A stretch of DNA of 63,191 bases, filler included, from Octopus bimaculoides (Eukaryota), in NCBI RefSeq assembly GCF_001194135.2. It is 6 parts of 6 records of this genome, joined end to end, with 100 filler letters (N's around TTAATTAATTAA, not from the genome) between each part and the next. Parts side by side here need not be neighbours in the genome. Positions count along the whole stretch, not along the records: positions 1 to 22,009 come from NC_068998.1; positions 22,110 to 51,116 come from NC_068987.1; 4 more parts are not named here. One strand, written 5' to 3'. The first letter of the stretch is position 1, and every line of letters begins with the position of its first letter. Shown here piece by piece: positions 11,335-23,979 of the stretch. The notes below the pieces were generated by a model. The model had not been told where the DNA came from and searched no databases. It worked only from the letters and a program-made list of their open reading frames with translations. The translations under genes were made by a program, and so were the position numbers.

Positions 11335-11930
11335 CAATACAAGGAAGTGGCTTGGTGTCTCACCAGATCTTACTGACATTGCATTCTATTGTTGCCAGGC
11401 TACCTCTGAAGTCCAGGAATACAAAGTTGGAAAAGCAAGGCTCTTAACCATGCTTGAAGACTTGAAAGACAAAGTTATAAGACCAATTCAGCCCAAACTG
11501 AAGACAGGCAGGAAATGTAAAGTCCATGGTACAGCAAAGGAAAGCCTTATGATCAAAGAAATAATAGGACACACTCAGGCCAATAGGCAGAATCCATAGG
11601 ACAGTACAGCAGAGCCAACAAGGCCAATGGACGATTTGGGAAGGTGCACTCCAGAAGTATCTCAGCTGAGATGACGTATGGTACATGGCACCTCTTGGAA
11701 TGAGTTTTATCTTCAGATCTGTCTATGATCTCCTGCCTTTGAATATGAACCTAGTGAAGTGGGGAAAATCAGATAATCCTGAATGCTCACTCTGCTAGCT
11801 AGACAGACAATGGAACACATTCTGAGCTCCTGCAGAGTAGCACTAGCCCAAGGAGATACACTTGCAGGCACAATCAACTGCTCAAGAAGACAGTACATGT
11901 GATAAGTATGACAAGAGTTAAACCAGAATC
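11335..11930 (+). mobile_element. HERO-like (R2 superfamily, RLE-type) LINE fragment, post-RT and zinc-knuckle region
   Basis: Across frameshifts: RKWLGVSPDLTDIAFYC..EYKVGKARLLTMLED..PKLKTGRK; QGQWTIWEGALQK..WYMAPLGMSFIFRSVYDLLP; QTMEHILSSCRVALAQG. Confidence 0.8.
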
Positions 11931-13489
11931 TTTTACAACATTCTCTATAGCAGGATTTCAGCAAATCATGGTCAGGAACAGCTATAATACCATAATATTA
12001 CTTCTGATTTTTAGCATACTCACGTGAAAGGTGTATGACCTGTTCAATATTTATTCTATATGTAACAATGTTCTGTCAAGACTTTCAATAAATGTTTTTG
12101 AAAACTTTATCAATGCAAAATTAATAACATAGATATATTAATTACTCAAGTTTGTGTTATAGATGGCCATGTTAACGAAATGCCAGAAAATTAATCAAGG
12201 AGTTTACGTCCTGTTGCTGAGTAGTGCTATGTTCATAGTTCAGGTGCTTAAATTTCAATGTTACTGTCAGTCTAGTGACATTGAGGAACTAACAATGATA
12301 GCAGACCTAACAATGTGGATGTATTTTCAATTGAGAACCAACCAAAAAATTTATGTGTTTTGTATGTTTTGGAAGTAGCTATAGAACTTTATAAATGTAA
12401 ATATCTTAAAGTGAATAACTTGAAAGTTCATGAAACTGTCTGTCGAATTCTTATAGAAATAAATCTAAAATAGTTTTAAAAAAAAAAGGCTAAGAAAAAT
12501 ACAACCAATAAAAACTATCCCATAATAGTAAATGGCTGACTCAATCAGTTTCTGGAAAGGAGATGGTGTTTTGGTGGTTTATAGCATGTTAGCCTATTGT
12601 CTGTACTGAATTCTATTCTTACTTCAAAAACATTCTTATTTTCTATGCTCAGTAGATAATGCTTGATTTTATAGTTCACATGAGTAAGCAGTGGCAGTGC
12701 TGTAGTACTGGTTAGTGTTTTACTGGTTGTGCTGACTTCTATTTCTTCTGTACCCAAAGTTAAGTGTAATTGACCAGTATTCTACGTAGGGAGTGATTCA
12801 AATCTCATATATGAAGCATTACAGAAAATAAACAATAATCCCTTGTTCCTGAGACATTATATTAACAAAGTTTATGCTTAATGTGTTTTGATGTTTTGTA
12901 TGTTAGAATTTTTTGTTAGAATTATTTGTTGTTGATGTTTTCTTGATTAATTTCTTTTAAAGATCTGAGCTCATAAAATATATATTTGGCCCCTTTATAA
13001 ATTTAGAAGAGTGATGAATTCAATTAATTTTGGAACAATTAATGCAGTTGAAGTTGGAGATAATTTATCCACTAAATGATTCTTTGCAGAATTTTCACTT
13101 TTATATTGTTCTTCATCTTTGGTTGAGCAGACCATAATCTAAAACATTCTAACCATAGACATCCTGTCTGTTGCACATTTAAGACTACAGTAACCAATGT
13201 AATCTTCCTCTTTAAGTTAATACGTTGTGTGATTGAAAGAATTTTGTTGCCATTTATGGCATGTCAAGTAACTAATTGAGAAGCACCATCATTGCTGTTA
13301 TGCAGTCAGTTTAAAAATTCTAAAATGTGAAATCAAATACTATTATTAATTAAAATAAGCACTTCCCTGTTGTTGGATAGTCTTTGGCTAATGCCCAACA
13401 AGATATCAAATGCATTGAGTTACGGCTTATCTCTGGTTTCAGTAGTGCTTATTGGACACTAGAGAAAAATTCCCCAGGAGAGAATGCAA

Positions 13490-13895
13490 GCATGTAGTGT
13501 GGTTAAAACGCTCACTTCAGAATTATATGGTTTTAGGTTTCACCTCATAGCATAGTACCTTGTCTTTTACCATACACCCTCGGGTTGACAAACAAGTTTT
13601 TAATGAAATTTGTCAGATGTAGGAACAGGAGTGGCTGTGTGGTAAGTAGCTGTAGGTGCAGGAGTGGCAGTGTAGTAAGTAGCTGTAGACACAGGAGTGG
13701 CTGTGTGGTAAGTAGCTTGCTTACCAACCACATGGTTCCTAGTTCAGTCCCACTGTGTAGCATCTTGGGCAAGTGTCTTCTACTANNNNNNNNNNCCACT
13801 GTGTAGCATCTTGGGCAAGTGTCTTCTACTATAGCCTCGGGCTGACCAAAGCCTTGTGAGTGGATTTGGTAGACAGAAACTGAAAGAAGCCCGTC
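13490..13895 (+). mobile_element. Composite SINE: degenerate head, triplicated family A head, family A body
   Basis: GGAGTGGCTGTGTGGTAAGTAGC occurs three times, then GGTTCCTAGTTCAGTCCCACT and GCCTTGTGAGTGGATTTGGTAGAC. Confidence 0.85.
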
Positions 13896-14239
13896 TCCTT
13901 TAGAGACGAAAATACAAGAACTCAAAAAGCAGTAGGAAATAGAAACAAAAAGAGACATGAAAAACACAAACAGAAAGAAAATTATAGTGAGATGGGACAC
14001 CCCAACGTAATGGATTGTAAATGGGAAAGACATTGTGAGAGGTAGATGAGGTAGGTCGATATAATTTTGTAAAGACTGTAACGGAGGAAAATATTTATTT
14101 GAACTTTTAGGGGAAAAAAGGAAAAATAAGTAAATTTTGTAAATGTTGAATGAACAGGTTGCCAAAATGTCTTTAAAAATATTGTAATAAACATTTGGTT
14201 GACTTTAGTTTTTTTTAAAAAAGGAAAAAATAAGAAGTA

Positions 14240-14960
14240 AATACTATATGAACAATTGTTTAAAAGGTGTATAATTGCAAGGCAAAAGCGAAAATGTAAG
14301 TCGCAGTTTCGCTTTGGAGGAGGCTAGAAGTTATGTAATTCTGGGTTGTCTTGTTTCTGGTCTGAATGACTCTGTACTTTTAATTCCTTTGCTGGTACTT
14401 CCACTGGTAAATTTTCTCCATTTCTCGTCATGGGTTGGATTTCTTCTTCCATTCCTTTACTCTTCTTCAATTCCACTTTCGTCGGTGACTTTCTTCTGTC
14501 TCATTTCTCCTATCTTCATTTGAAAATGTTCTGAATATCAACGTCCTGCTTTCCAACTTTCTTTTTTCCTCCCCTGGCATGGTCATTTTTGTGTTTGACC
14601 CTTCTTTTTTTATCATGCCGTAATATTTTGCTATTTTCACTACAATTCCATTCCATTGTCTTCGGCTTCAACACACGTGGGTCTATGGTGTCTTGACCTC
14701 CAGTAGCTTCTGCATAGCTTTTCTTTTTTACCACTATTCACTTCCACCCAACGATAGTGGCTTCACACAAAAATCTCGCTTTGAATTCTTCAAAAAACAA
14801 CAAAGACCGAGTCTGCTCGAGATGATAGCAGTTCGCTTCTGCACGCAATATATATATTTCAAGTGAAGACAAAGTTGCTGATTTTGCAGCACGCAAAAAT
14901 GCTAGTTCTAAAATCTGACAAGTAATATTCATAGCCACTTTAACATGACTGACCATTCGA
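14240..14960 (-). mobile_element. Unclassified retroelement ORF remnant (basic, low-complexity N-terminal-like region)
   Basis: Minus-strand ORFs 14738-14956 (ILRAEANCYHLEQ..FFEEFKAR) and 14516-14734 (KKSYAEAT..) have coding-like composition but are broken. Family not identified. Confidence 0.35.
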
Positions 14961-15099
14961 GTGGACTCTACTGTGATTTTTTAACCCCAAGAGGACATCT
15001 TCTCTAGCTGGTTAATGATGCACAGCTGCAATCGAGATTTTAGAACTAGCATTTTTGCTTGTTGCAAAATCAGCGACTGATCTTGACATCTTTCCTTCT

Positions 15100-15560
15100 T
15101 CATCTCCCTGTAATAATGCCTGTTGATTAGATGCAAACTTGTAATTTATACTGGCTCACTCAAAAAGTTTCCTACAATAGCAAAACTTTTCACTCGGTAT
15201 CTTGAGTCCATACTTTGGGATAAATTAGATTTCCCCAATAGCTTGGCATGAAGATTTGCGACAGATTTCTGATATCTTTCCATAAGATATAATTGGTGAG
15301 GAGTTAACTGATCATTCCTCTTACATTTTATTATTATGGCTAACCTTCCAATATGGTGGTTCATATTGTTGATGATTTTTTTCTAGTTTTTATTTTCCAT
15401 CCAGGATGTTTCCATTCAGTAATTTCATTACTCCATATACTGCCAATTTCTCCTAGAAGGTTTCTAAGAATGATAACAGCTGTGTATATGAAAATATTAA
15501 TTGTCCAGTAATAAAGATCACATGATGTTCTGCAACATCATCAGTAACTCTCAACATTAG
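15100..15560 (-). mobile_element. R4/Dong-like LINE N-terminal fragment
   Basis: GWKIK..HIGRLAIIIKCKRNDQLTPHQ..RYQKSVANL resembles the pre-RT region of R4-clade ORFs (recalled motif, not searched). Confidence 0.45.
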
Positions 15561-17033
15561 AGCTGTAGGCTCTTTCTTTAATCTTGTTAAGAATGGCCTG
15601 TCACTCGGTGACAGTTTAAATAAAGTGGAAAAGTTTTGTTGAATCAGTTACATGTGGAGATATATGAGTGATTTGTTTAAGTTATTTTCAGTCTTTCTTA
15701 TGGCAGAATTTGGCCAGTTCCCAGTGTTTTGAGAAGATCAATTAGCATCATGAAAGTAAGCCATTTTTTTTCTCAAAGAGATGCTTGTTTCTGAAGCTGT
15801 TTTGCCATAAATTTGTTTAAGTTGAGGTGAACTTTGTAATTTTTTAGCCACTTCATTTAGCTGATAGAAATGTCTTCTCAGGCCTTTTCATAGCACAAAA
15901 GTAGACTTTAGTTTGAATGTAAAGTCCAAGTGAAATGAGAAGAGTAATTATGTCATCTTAACTTACAAGTATCGCAGTACTGCCTGCATAGTGTTGTTGT
16001 TGTTGTTAACAGTATTAGCCATGATTGTACTTGCAGAATTTGACATGGTGGAAGGCATATTTTGTAATCTGGTCTAAATGATACCATGTTGGTGTTTCTC
16101 TAATTAATAACTAAAAAATGAACCAGTTACTGTTTTAGACTGGAGGAATAAACATAAATGTAGAAAACATTCAAAAAGGCATTTTAAAAGGTCCTCTGCA
16201 CCTGCATATCTAATGTTGACTGTTCCAATATGTATGTATGTATGCATGCCTGCATGAATTTATGTGTGTGTGTGTGTGTGCATTTACATCTTTTGCCACT
16301 GTATATCAGCAAGAGATGTAATAATTAGTGAAAAACTGGTGCTTTGTGAATAAGGTCCTTTGTGAGAACTAAGTCTTTTGCATTAAATTACAGATTCCCT
16401 CATCTCAGTCTCACCATCAGTAATGCAGTGAACCAGTGATTGATTTACTGGAAATCCATAACCAATGCTGCTATTGTGAAGAAATTTGGATATAAAATAT
16501 ATAAATTAGTCTATTGTTTGTAACTTTATGGGTATATTTGATCTCAGCACTGTAAGCCAATGAACCTGTCACCAATGTTTACAATGAATTTAGTAGTTAT
16601 AAAAATGATGTATATCACTCTGTGGTAAACTATTTAGGGTTCAAGGAATCCAACTGCTGACTGTAAATACAATTCAATACAGATAACAAGATATGAAGTT
16701 ATGATTCCTTGTCAGCTTATTTGGTACCCAATCAACTCAGATGTTTTCATTCTCAATCAAATCTTAAGTGCAACCTTCAAAATATGCATCACTTTTTTTA
16801 CATAAAATTTTTTTACTGAAGTGCAATTATGCTCGGGCCACTGTCTTCTAACACTTAAGTTATTTATACAAGCAACATTGGTTAGTTCTCTCTAGGACTT
16901 ATTCTATTAAACACTATCTGTCAAACTGTTGCATACAGAACATAAAGGAATACATTCTAAACAACACTAAGTTTTAGATCAGTGTAAACATAAACACAGA
17001 TACAAACAGTCAGACACGCACAAACATGCACAT

Positions 17034-17071
<38 letters not shown>

Positions 17072-19941
17072 TCTCATCTTCTGAGTTTCTGTCTGCAACT
17101 TAATTTTACTCCAAAGGTTGGTCTATCTAAAGTTACAGTAGAAAACACTTGGTGAAGGTATTGTCTTGTAGAGTCAAAGTTAGACCCGCATGTTGCTAAG
17201 TAAAATTTTTAATCACAGTTCATGCCTCACCTATATTGATGTGGGTGGTTTCTCAACAGACAACTAGGGTACTAAATATTAAAGTCAGTCTTTTTAGTAG
17301 GCTTACAACTTGGATGTCTGTAACAATAAATTTAATTTTGAAAATGATTGACTGAAGAATACATGCTTTGAGAATCAAAAGTAAGAAACAGAAGAGTACC
17401 CAATTTTGATCACTTTTCAGGTGTGATTTATGCTTGCATCAACACAGCATATATAAAACATGAATCTCTGTAGTATCGTCTTAAAGGGTTTCATATACCA
17501 ACCGAAGACTTTAGTAGGATAATAGGAACAGTTTCTTCAAAGGTAGCATAATGTTTCTAGCAGCCACTAAGGACTCTGAATAGTCAACTTTTATGGTATT
17601 AAGTGGATATAAAATACATAGCACTTCTACCCTCTCCCAACTGCTGGGTAAACAGACATTTGTTGGAAACAAATCTCAATAAAAGAAAAGGAAGAAAAAA
17701 AAAACAGTCTATGAAAAGAAGATTTATTCCAAGTGATAAATTATGTAGAAGATTTTTGTAAAAATATTCATCAATGCAGTTAACTAAGCAAAACTAGGAA
17801 GAAAAGAAAAAAAAACCCCAATCAGGCAAGGTTGAAAAAGTAAAACTGAGTAAAGCTAAGAGATTTAATGCTCATGCGTTTTAAGTTTAGCTGCAATATT
17901 ATTCTAGATAAGGCTTTTTTTAACCATTTGAAACCACATTGAACATGTTTGTATGTATGCATAAATTACTTATGTATGTAAGAATAAACAGTAACAGAAT
18001 CTTTTCAAATCCTTCAGATACTCAAATACTATCAACAAAATTATAAATGTCAAAAGGAATATTTTGTTTTAGAGATTTTACTTTATTTAGTGAAGCAGAG
18101 GAATAAGAGATCGTAAGAATTAGTGTCATTAAAAGTATGACAAAAATAAGAATATAATCAAAATGATTTTATTCTACTTGGGGAAATTATGTGAAATGGT
18201 AATGACATTAAGTACATTTCATAATGAAAATCTTGTCTGCTTTTTGAGTTTGTCAAGTAGTTTTTCTTCATTTTCTTCATTACCATTATTTTCTTAATTT
18301 CAATTGCAAAGTCATGGCTACCTTTTACTTTTTGTAGTGGTTTTTGTTTTGTCAAATAAGGAAGTGCAATGCTCACGACCTTTGTAGGGCTTCCCAGACT
18401 GGCAAAATCAATATTCTTGATATTCTACTTTATTGCTTTCAACATTACCTATATCAGTTGTTCAATAAGACTAGATGGTACCATCAAGGAAATGTAGAAC
18501 ATTTATTGTTGAGGATGTGTTGTGGATATGGAGGTATTTGTGAGTAAATGTGTGTGAGTATGTGTGAGTGTGTGTAAATAACACAGGGTAAAGTTTATAG
18601 AAAAAATCTAATGCATGCGTTCTACGGAGTTGAGAGGTAGGCAGTAGTACTGTCTATAGTTTTATATTGTGGAAACAATCTGCAAAGGACAAATTTCTAT
18701 CATAATTTAGTTGAAGAGGCAGGGAAAGAGGACATATAAAAAATGGCCTGGTATGAAGTGTGCATTTTTGTAACACATCGAGTGACAATCAAACCTTTAA
18801 ATACATAGATATTGTACATTGATAATAACAGTGAAGGGAAAATTCTGGAAGTAATTGGAGTGACTATGAAGTAATTAAACTGTTGAACAATAAACCAAGT
18901 AGAGAATTCAAAGTACATAGAGTCCCTAAAGTGTATGCTACTAACTTACAGGTGGCTTACAGGTATCACTTATTAGGACATTATTTGTAAAAGCATTCCT
19001 AAAGAAATGTTTACCCTTTTCAATGTTAAACATATTGAAAATTTTTTGGAAAATCTTTGAAATTTTCTCTTCTGGGTATTACTCAAGGTTAAAGGACACT
19101 CTTATTTATAGCGACAGTATTGTGTGTCAAAATGTGATGCTGACTGATATTGAAAGTAGACAATTAATAGTCTCTAGTCACACTGATCTAGAGAAGATGT
19201 ATGGAAGATAGCAGACTCACAGTAAATAGTTTAATATTGTTGTCATTGTCATCCTCATTATTGTCTTTGCTGTCATTGTTGGCATCATCCCATTCATTAC
19301 TACAACCACCACTACCACCACCATCATCATTAATGTTTCACATCTGCCTTTCCTTGTTGGATGGCTTGGACAGTTTTTCTTTTCTGAGCAGTGTTTTATG
19401 ACCAGACGCATAACATGTTATAACATACCTAGTAGTAAACAGCATGTTAAAAATATGGTACTGAAAGAATGTAAAAGTAGATAAAATATGCTGTGGCTAG
19501 AGAGACTGTGGTATTTTATTGCTGTCAGTAAGGAAAGTTGTGCTTGAGTGATTGTGGTAATATGCTATTTGATGATGAACTGAGTAGCAAAAAGAGTGAT
19601 ATTCAGTGAAGGGTTGAGTTCAATACATTGAATGTACAGCTTGAGACACATTGCATGTAAGCAAACTGAACAAGAGGTGTATTATTAACCAATAATATAA
19701 CAAAGATGCATTTCATTAAAATAAGTTTAACAGGAACAAATTATAAAAAATAAATATCATATGTTGAAATGGTTGTATATCTACAAATTGTGAAGAAAAT
19801 ATGAAATAGATAGAAATAGTCTAGGAGTATAGTAAAAGATTGTGCTATTATGACAAAGGAATACAAAAAGAAAAGTACAAAGTGTCTCTGAAGAGACTGT
19901 CTCTTACATTGACCATCTACAGAGATTTACTTTAGCTGTTA

Positions 19942-20026
<85 letters not shown>

Positions 20027-20049
20027 TCCCTCCCTCTCCCTCCCTCCTT

Positions 20050-20190
20050 GCAAAGCTGATCTCAGAAAGAATTGTGATTTGGCAGGACGAAACCGAGGAC
20101 AGAATTTCTTTTGCAGCCACTGCAGCTGGGCCTGCATGTCTTCTGTTAACCTTATTAGCCACCAACAAGTCTGCAGGTGGACACCCCACT
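20050..20190 (+). mobile_element. Isolated C2H2-like zinc finger, probably an RTE-type LINE C-terminus
   Basis: Frame reads KNCDLAGRNRGQNFFCSHCSWACMSSVNLISHQQVCR (F-x-C-x2-C-x8-L-x2-H-x3-C). An upstream in-frame stop is present. Confidence 0.55.
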
Positions 20191-21129
20191 TTATGAATAT
20201 TTATTTGTGTAGTTATAGTCTTTTGTTACAGTGATAAGTACAATATTATGGATATAAAATATGAGATTTTGAAATATGTTGAGAGATACTGTGTGATATG
20301 GATATATGGTAAAGAAACAGTTGAGATTGGGTTATTAGGCCAAACTTTGGGAAGGTTGTATTCTTCAGGTAAAGTAGCTCAGAATATAGAATATGAATGA
20401 TATGACATGTAGCATGTGTACAAACACCTGGTGAATATCAACATACAAAGCATAGCAAATACTGTTGATAAAAATGATATTAATGGAGATTAAGATGAAG
20501 ATCATGATAACAATGATAATGATGATGCTAATGATAATGGTAATTTTGATGTTAGTGGTACCCAATAATGATGACAACAAAAATTATTAAAAACATGATG
20601 GCAATGATGATAGTAATGATAATGATGATGATGTCCAATTAAATATTGGGAAACTGTATTTCGTTTTCAGATACATATTTAATTATAAAGTGAATTAAAA
20701 CAAAGCAATACTACAGCAACAAACTACAACAATAAAAGATGAATCACAAATTAACTCACTAAACTGTCGTGCAAATTTAATGCAATATAATTGGATACAG
20801 ATTGTGATAGAAATAAACTGATGCATTATAAACATTCACAGATTATTCAGTGAGTGAGGACAAAACGATAAAGTAAAAGACAAAAATAGAGCAAGTATAA
20901 TTATATATGGAATCATAATACTTTCTGTTTCTGTTTGAGTTTTCTACAAAAATATTTCTGATTTTAAGTATCAACTATATAAATTAATACAGAGAGTATG
21001 AGACAATGAGGAAGGCCTCTATGTAGTAGCTCAAACTGATAGCCATACCAACTAGCCAAATGTCATCTATGAAGCCACACCTTCACATCTTTAGAAAGGG
21101 GAAGGGAATAGGTCACCAGTGGATCTGGC

Positions 21130-21750
21130 TCTGTGAAAGTTGTTTTGATGGTCTCTTAGAAGAAAGAGAGATTCAATTCATTAAAGAATGTTACTGTTAA
21201 TGGCTATTTCCATTACCTGAGAGATGTTGGAGGTGAGAGCAATAGGAATATTGTTGGCTGGGTCAAACAAGTTACCTTTCTTTGGAATTGGACTCACTAA
21301 GACATGTTTCCAAATGATAGGATGTATCCCTATAGTTATTAAGAGTTTGGTGAGTATCAAAGAATGTTCTAGAACACAATGATCAAGCGTAATGGAAGGG
21401 ATATTCTTCAGGGTCAGAGGTTTTGTTTGTTTGAAAAAATTAGAGGTATTTCCATATTTGGTGCATGTTGCAAAATGGGCAGCAAAGGTGGAAGCTTTCT
21501 CTAAATCAACTCTTTGTTGTCTGCCTCATGAGAAGGCATTTTTTTCTTTCCCAAAAATGTTTCATTAAATTTCATAGATATCCAAGTTTAGACAAAATTT
21601 TTGAAGATTGACTTTATATGAGGAGACGTAGCACAATCTTTCATCAGTGAACAGGTTGCAGTTTCAAGTGTCAAAAATCTTGACACCATATTACAAATAA
21701 ATACGTTAGTGAAGCTAATGGTTTTGTGTGTTTCTGAATGGCTAACTAGC
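21130..21750 (-). mobile_element. CR1/L2-group LINE reverse transcriptase N-terminal fragment
   Basis: Minus strand: EKASTFAAHFA..GIHPIIWKHVLVSPIPKKGNLFDPANNIPIALTSNISQVMEIAIN, matching the RT motif WK.A.V.PIPKKG..NYRPI.LTS. Confidence 0.8.
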
Positions 21751-21789
21751 CTCTTCCAGTTCTATATTTAAGAGATGAGGAATTATGTA

Positions 21790-21930
21790 CATTATTTACA
21801 TTTGATAGATATTTGTCCTCATCTTGTTTGTTGTTAATACGTTTCAGCTGATATACCCTCCAGCCTTCATCAGGTGTCTTGGGGAAATTTCGAACCTGGG
21901 TTCTCATTCCTAAAGTATTTTTCGATGTAA
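21790..21930 (-). mobile_element. Hammerhead-bearing SINE-like repeat, body and tail (head region lost in microsatellite/gap)
   Basis: Minus strand: GACAC-CTGATGA-A-GGCTG-GAGGGTATAT-CAGCT-GAAAC-GT-A. The core is canonical (21867-21873 and 21841-21845). Confidence 0.85.
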
Positions 21931-21962
21931 TAATAATAATAATAATAATAATAATGATAATA

Positions 21963-22002
<40 letters not shown>

Positions 22003-22279
22003 CATTATGNNNNNNNNNNNNNNNNNNNNNNNNNNNNNNNNNNNNNNNNNNNNTTAATTAATTAANNNNNNNNNNNNNNNNNNNNNNNNNNNNNNNNNNN
22101 NNNNNNNNNTATATACATAAGTCGGGATGCATAGCTTTCAGTTAATAAATGAAAAACGGATTAAATACTACAAAACGTACACATGGCACAGAAACAGAAG
22201 GAACCTAATTCTTCATCAGTTATCGACCAAAAACACTGAGACTCAGTTTCGTGCCTTTAACTTATAGGACTGAGAATTT

Positions 22280-22650
22280 TGTATATCGGCGGCACTCGTA
22301 AGATTTCTCCGCAAAGCCTTCTGAGTGGATTTGGTAGACAGGAAGTGAAAGAAGCCCTCCGTATAAATATTTACATGTGTGTGTGTATGTGTATGTGCGT
22401 GCGTATGTATGTGCGCGCGTGTATGCCCTTGTTCTTGTATTTGTTCCCCACAACCGTTTGACAACCGGTGTTAGTGTGTTTACGTCTCCATAACTTATCG
22501 GTTCGGCACAAAAGACCGACAGAATGAGCACTAGGCTTAAAAATAAATAAGTCCTGTTGTCGATTCGTCTGATTGAAAAAAGCACCTTCAAGGCGATGGT
22601 CTAACATGACCGCCATTAAATGATTAAAACAAGTAAAAGAATGAAAGAAT
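22280..22650 (+). mobile_element. tRNA-derived SINE family A, 5'-truncated
   Basis: GTGGATTTGGTAGACAGGAAGTGAAAGAAGCCC, an internal microsatellite, then the family A 3' half. Confidence 0.8.
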
Positions 22651-23310
22651 AGATATATATGCGGTACAAATCAGAGGAAATATTTCTTAAATATATTTAT
22701 TTATTAAAAATAATATATTTATTTATATTTATTTTTATTTATTCAGTTATATATTTATTTATTATATATTTATTTATTATTTATTTATTTATTTACTTAC
22801 ATATTTATTGATATTTATTTATGGAAAATAATCGTTATCATTCAGATGACATTTTGTCTCTCCTAAACGAGTTTTCTGATTCCTCGGGGGAAATATCAAT
22901 TTTTCTAATTATGAATGTTTCTCCACAAACACATACAGACACACACTCACGCGTACGCACGCACACACACGCGCACACACATAAATACAACCCACTCCTC
23001 ATATGCCTGTGTGTGTTCTCTTCTCTTCTGAATCATTTGAATTCTTCATTTGAGGAAGAAGCTGGGTTCTAACGAAGGTACAAAACTCGAACGCTGGAAT
23101 GTATATAACAAAAATAATTTATAGTTTAATCTTGGGAATAGTTTTGCAAATTTTTAATGGTTCCACTTACAGAGTTTATTTGTAATGTGCGACTTGGGCG
23201 ATTTCTATTTCATAAAACCGTAGCTTATAAATATTCTCCCTTAGTTATTTATTCACAAAGTCAATTGCACCCTTTATTATTGATATAAATGTTACATTAT
23301 AATTTCAATA

Positions 23311-23909
23311 TATTGGGTTGTCCGCAATGTTCGTGCCAATTGTCCAAAAAGTTCTTCTCACTCAACTCATGTGGTACCCAAACATCGTAGCGATTTGTCT
23401 ACCCAAGCTTTACCAGGTGCTCATGAACGATGGATTTTGATAGGTTGAGGCTTTCTGCCAATTGTCGGGTTGTGCAATGTGGGTTATTCTCAATTAATGA
23501 CTTGATTTGGTCATCAGCTGTAGTGGATGGTCTGCCTGATCGCTCTTTATCAATAAGACTACAATCTCCAGCTCGAAACCTTGCGAACCCCTTCCGTACA
23601 GTTCTTTCGGATAAAGAAACATCACTGTAAACTGCGCATATTTCTTTGGTTGCTTGTGAGGCATTTTTCCCTTTACTGAAATTAAAAGCATCAAGTGCCG
23701 AAAATGAACTTTCTTATCTTCCATTTTAATATGGTTACAGAATTAGCACAGGTTATAGGAACATAAACCTTCTTCCACGAAAAGATAGCTTAAACTGTGC
23801 TCTAAATGGAGGTGTAGTCAAATCCAATTTTATGGACTCAACCATGTTCTAAAATAAGTCGAAAGGTAAGCTACTATAAATCGGCACGAACTTTCCGGAC
23901 AACTCAATA
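23311..23909 (-). mobile_element. Internally deleted mariner element
   Basis: About 28 bp TIRs (TTGGGTTGTCCGCAATGTTCGTGCCAAT and the reverse complement of TCGGCACGAACTTTCCGGACAACTCAA), with TA at both ends. ORF starts MEDKKVHFRHLML. The mariner motif VWVPHELSEK runs directly into the TIR, so the catalytic DDD domain is deleted. Confidence 0.9.
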
Positions 23910-23948
23910 GAAGCTTGGAAGAAGCATTTGTCTATGTATGTATGTATG

Positions 23949-23974
<26 letters not shown>

Positions 23975-23979
<5 letters not shown>

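Noticed and set aside
9500-12790. Protein-like minus-strand peptides YLGDSGTFLYPVRLQFGSPRE (about 9830-9897) and NTGQLHLTLGTEEIEV.. (12545-12786)
   Set aside because: Plausible acceptors, but both end in stops, cannot be joined into a consistent model and match no family I recognise.
13750-13832. Direct duplications flanking 10-N gaps (also 45810-45880)
   Set aside because: Typical of unmerged contig overlap in assembly.
18158-19211. Short ORFs at 18158-18547 and 19023-19211
   Set aside because: Several frames and both strands are open with no diagnostic motif, so they are not supportable as exons.
19904-20189. Minus-strand reading WGVHLQTCWWLIRLTEDMQAQLQWLQKKFCPRF as a host exon
   Set aside because: There is no usable splice donor before the (GA)n tract, and the plus strand gives a better-explained C2H2 finger.
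22055-22066. TTAATTAATTAA islands centred in N-runs (also about 51161, 53207, 58645, 61598)
   Set aside because: An identical 12-mer flanked by similar-length N blocks five times points to a scaffolding/linker artefact, not biology.
22195-22225. CTGATGA followed by an AGAA/TTCT hairpin on the minus strand
   Set aside because: It is followed by GTTTC rather than GAAA and has no convincing stems I/III, so it is not called as a hammerhead.
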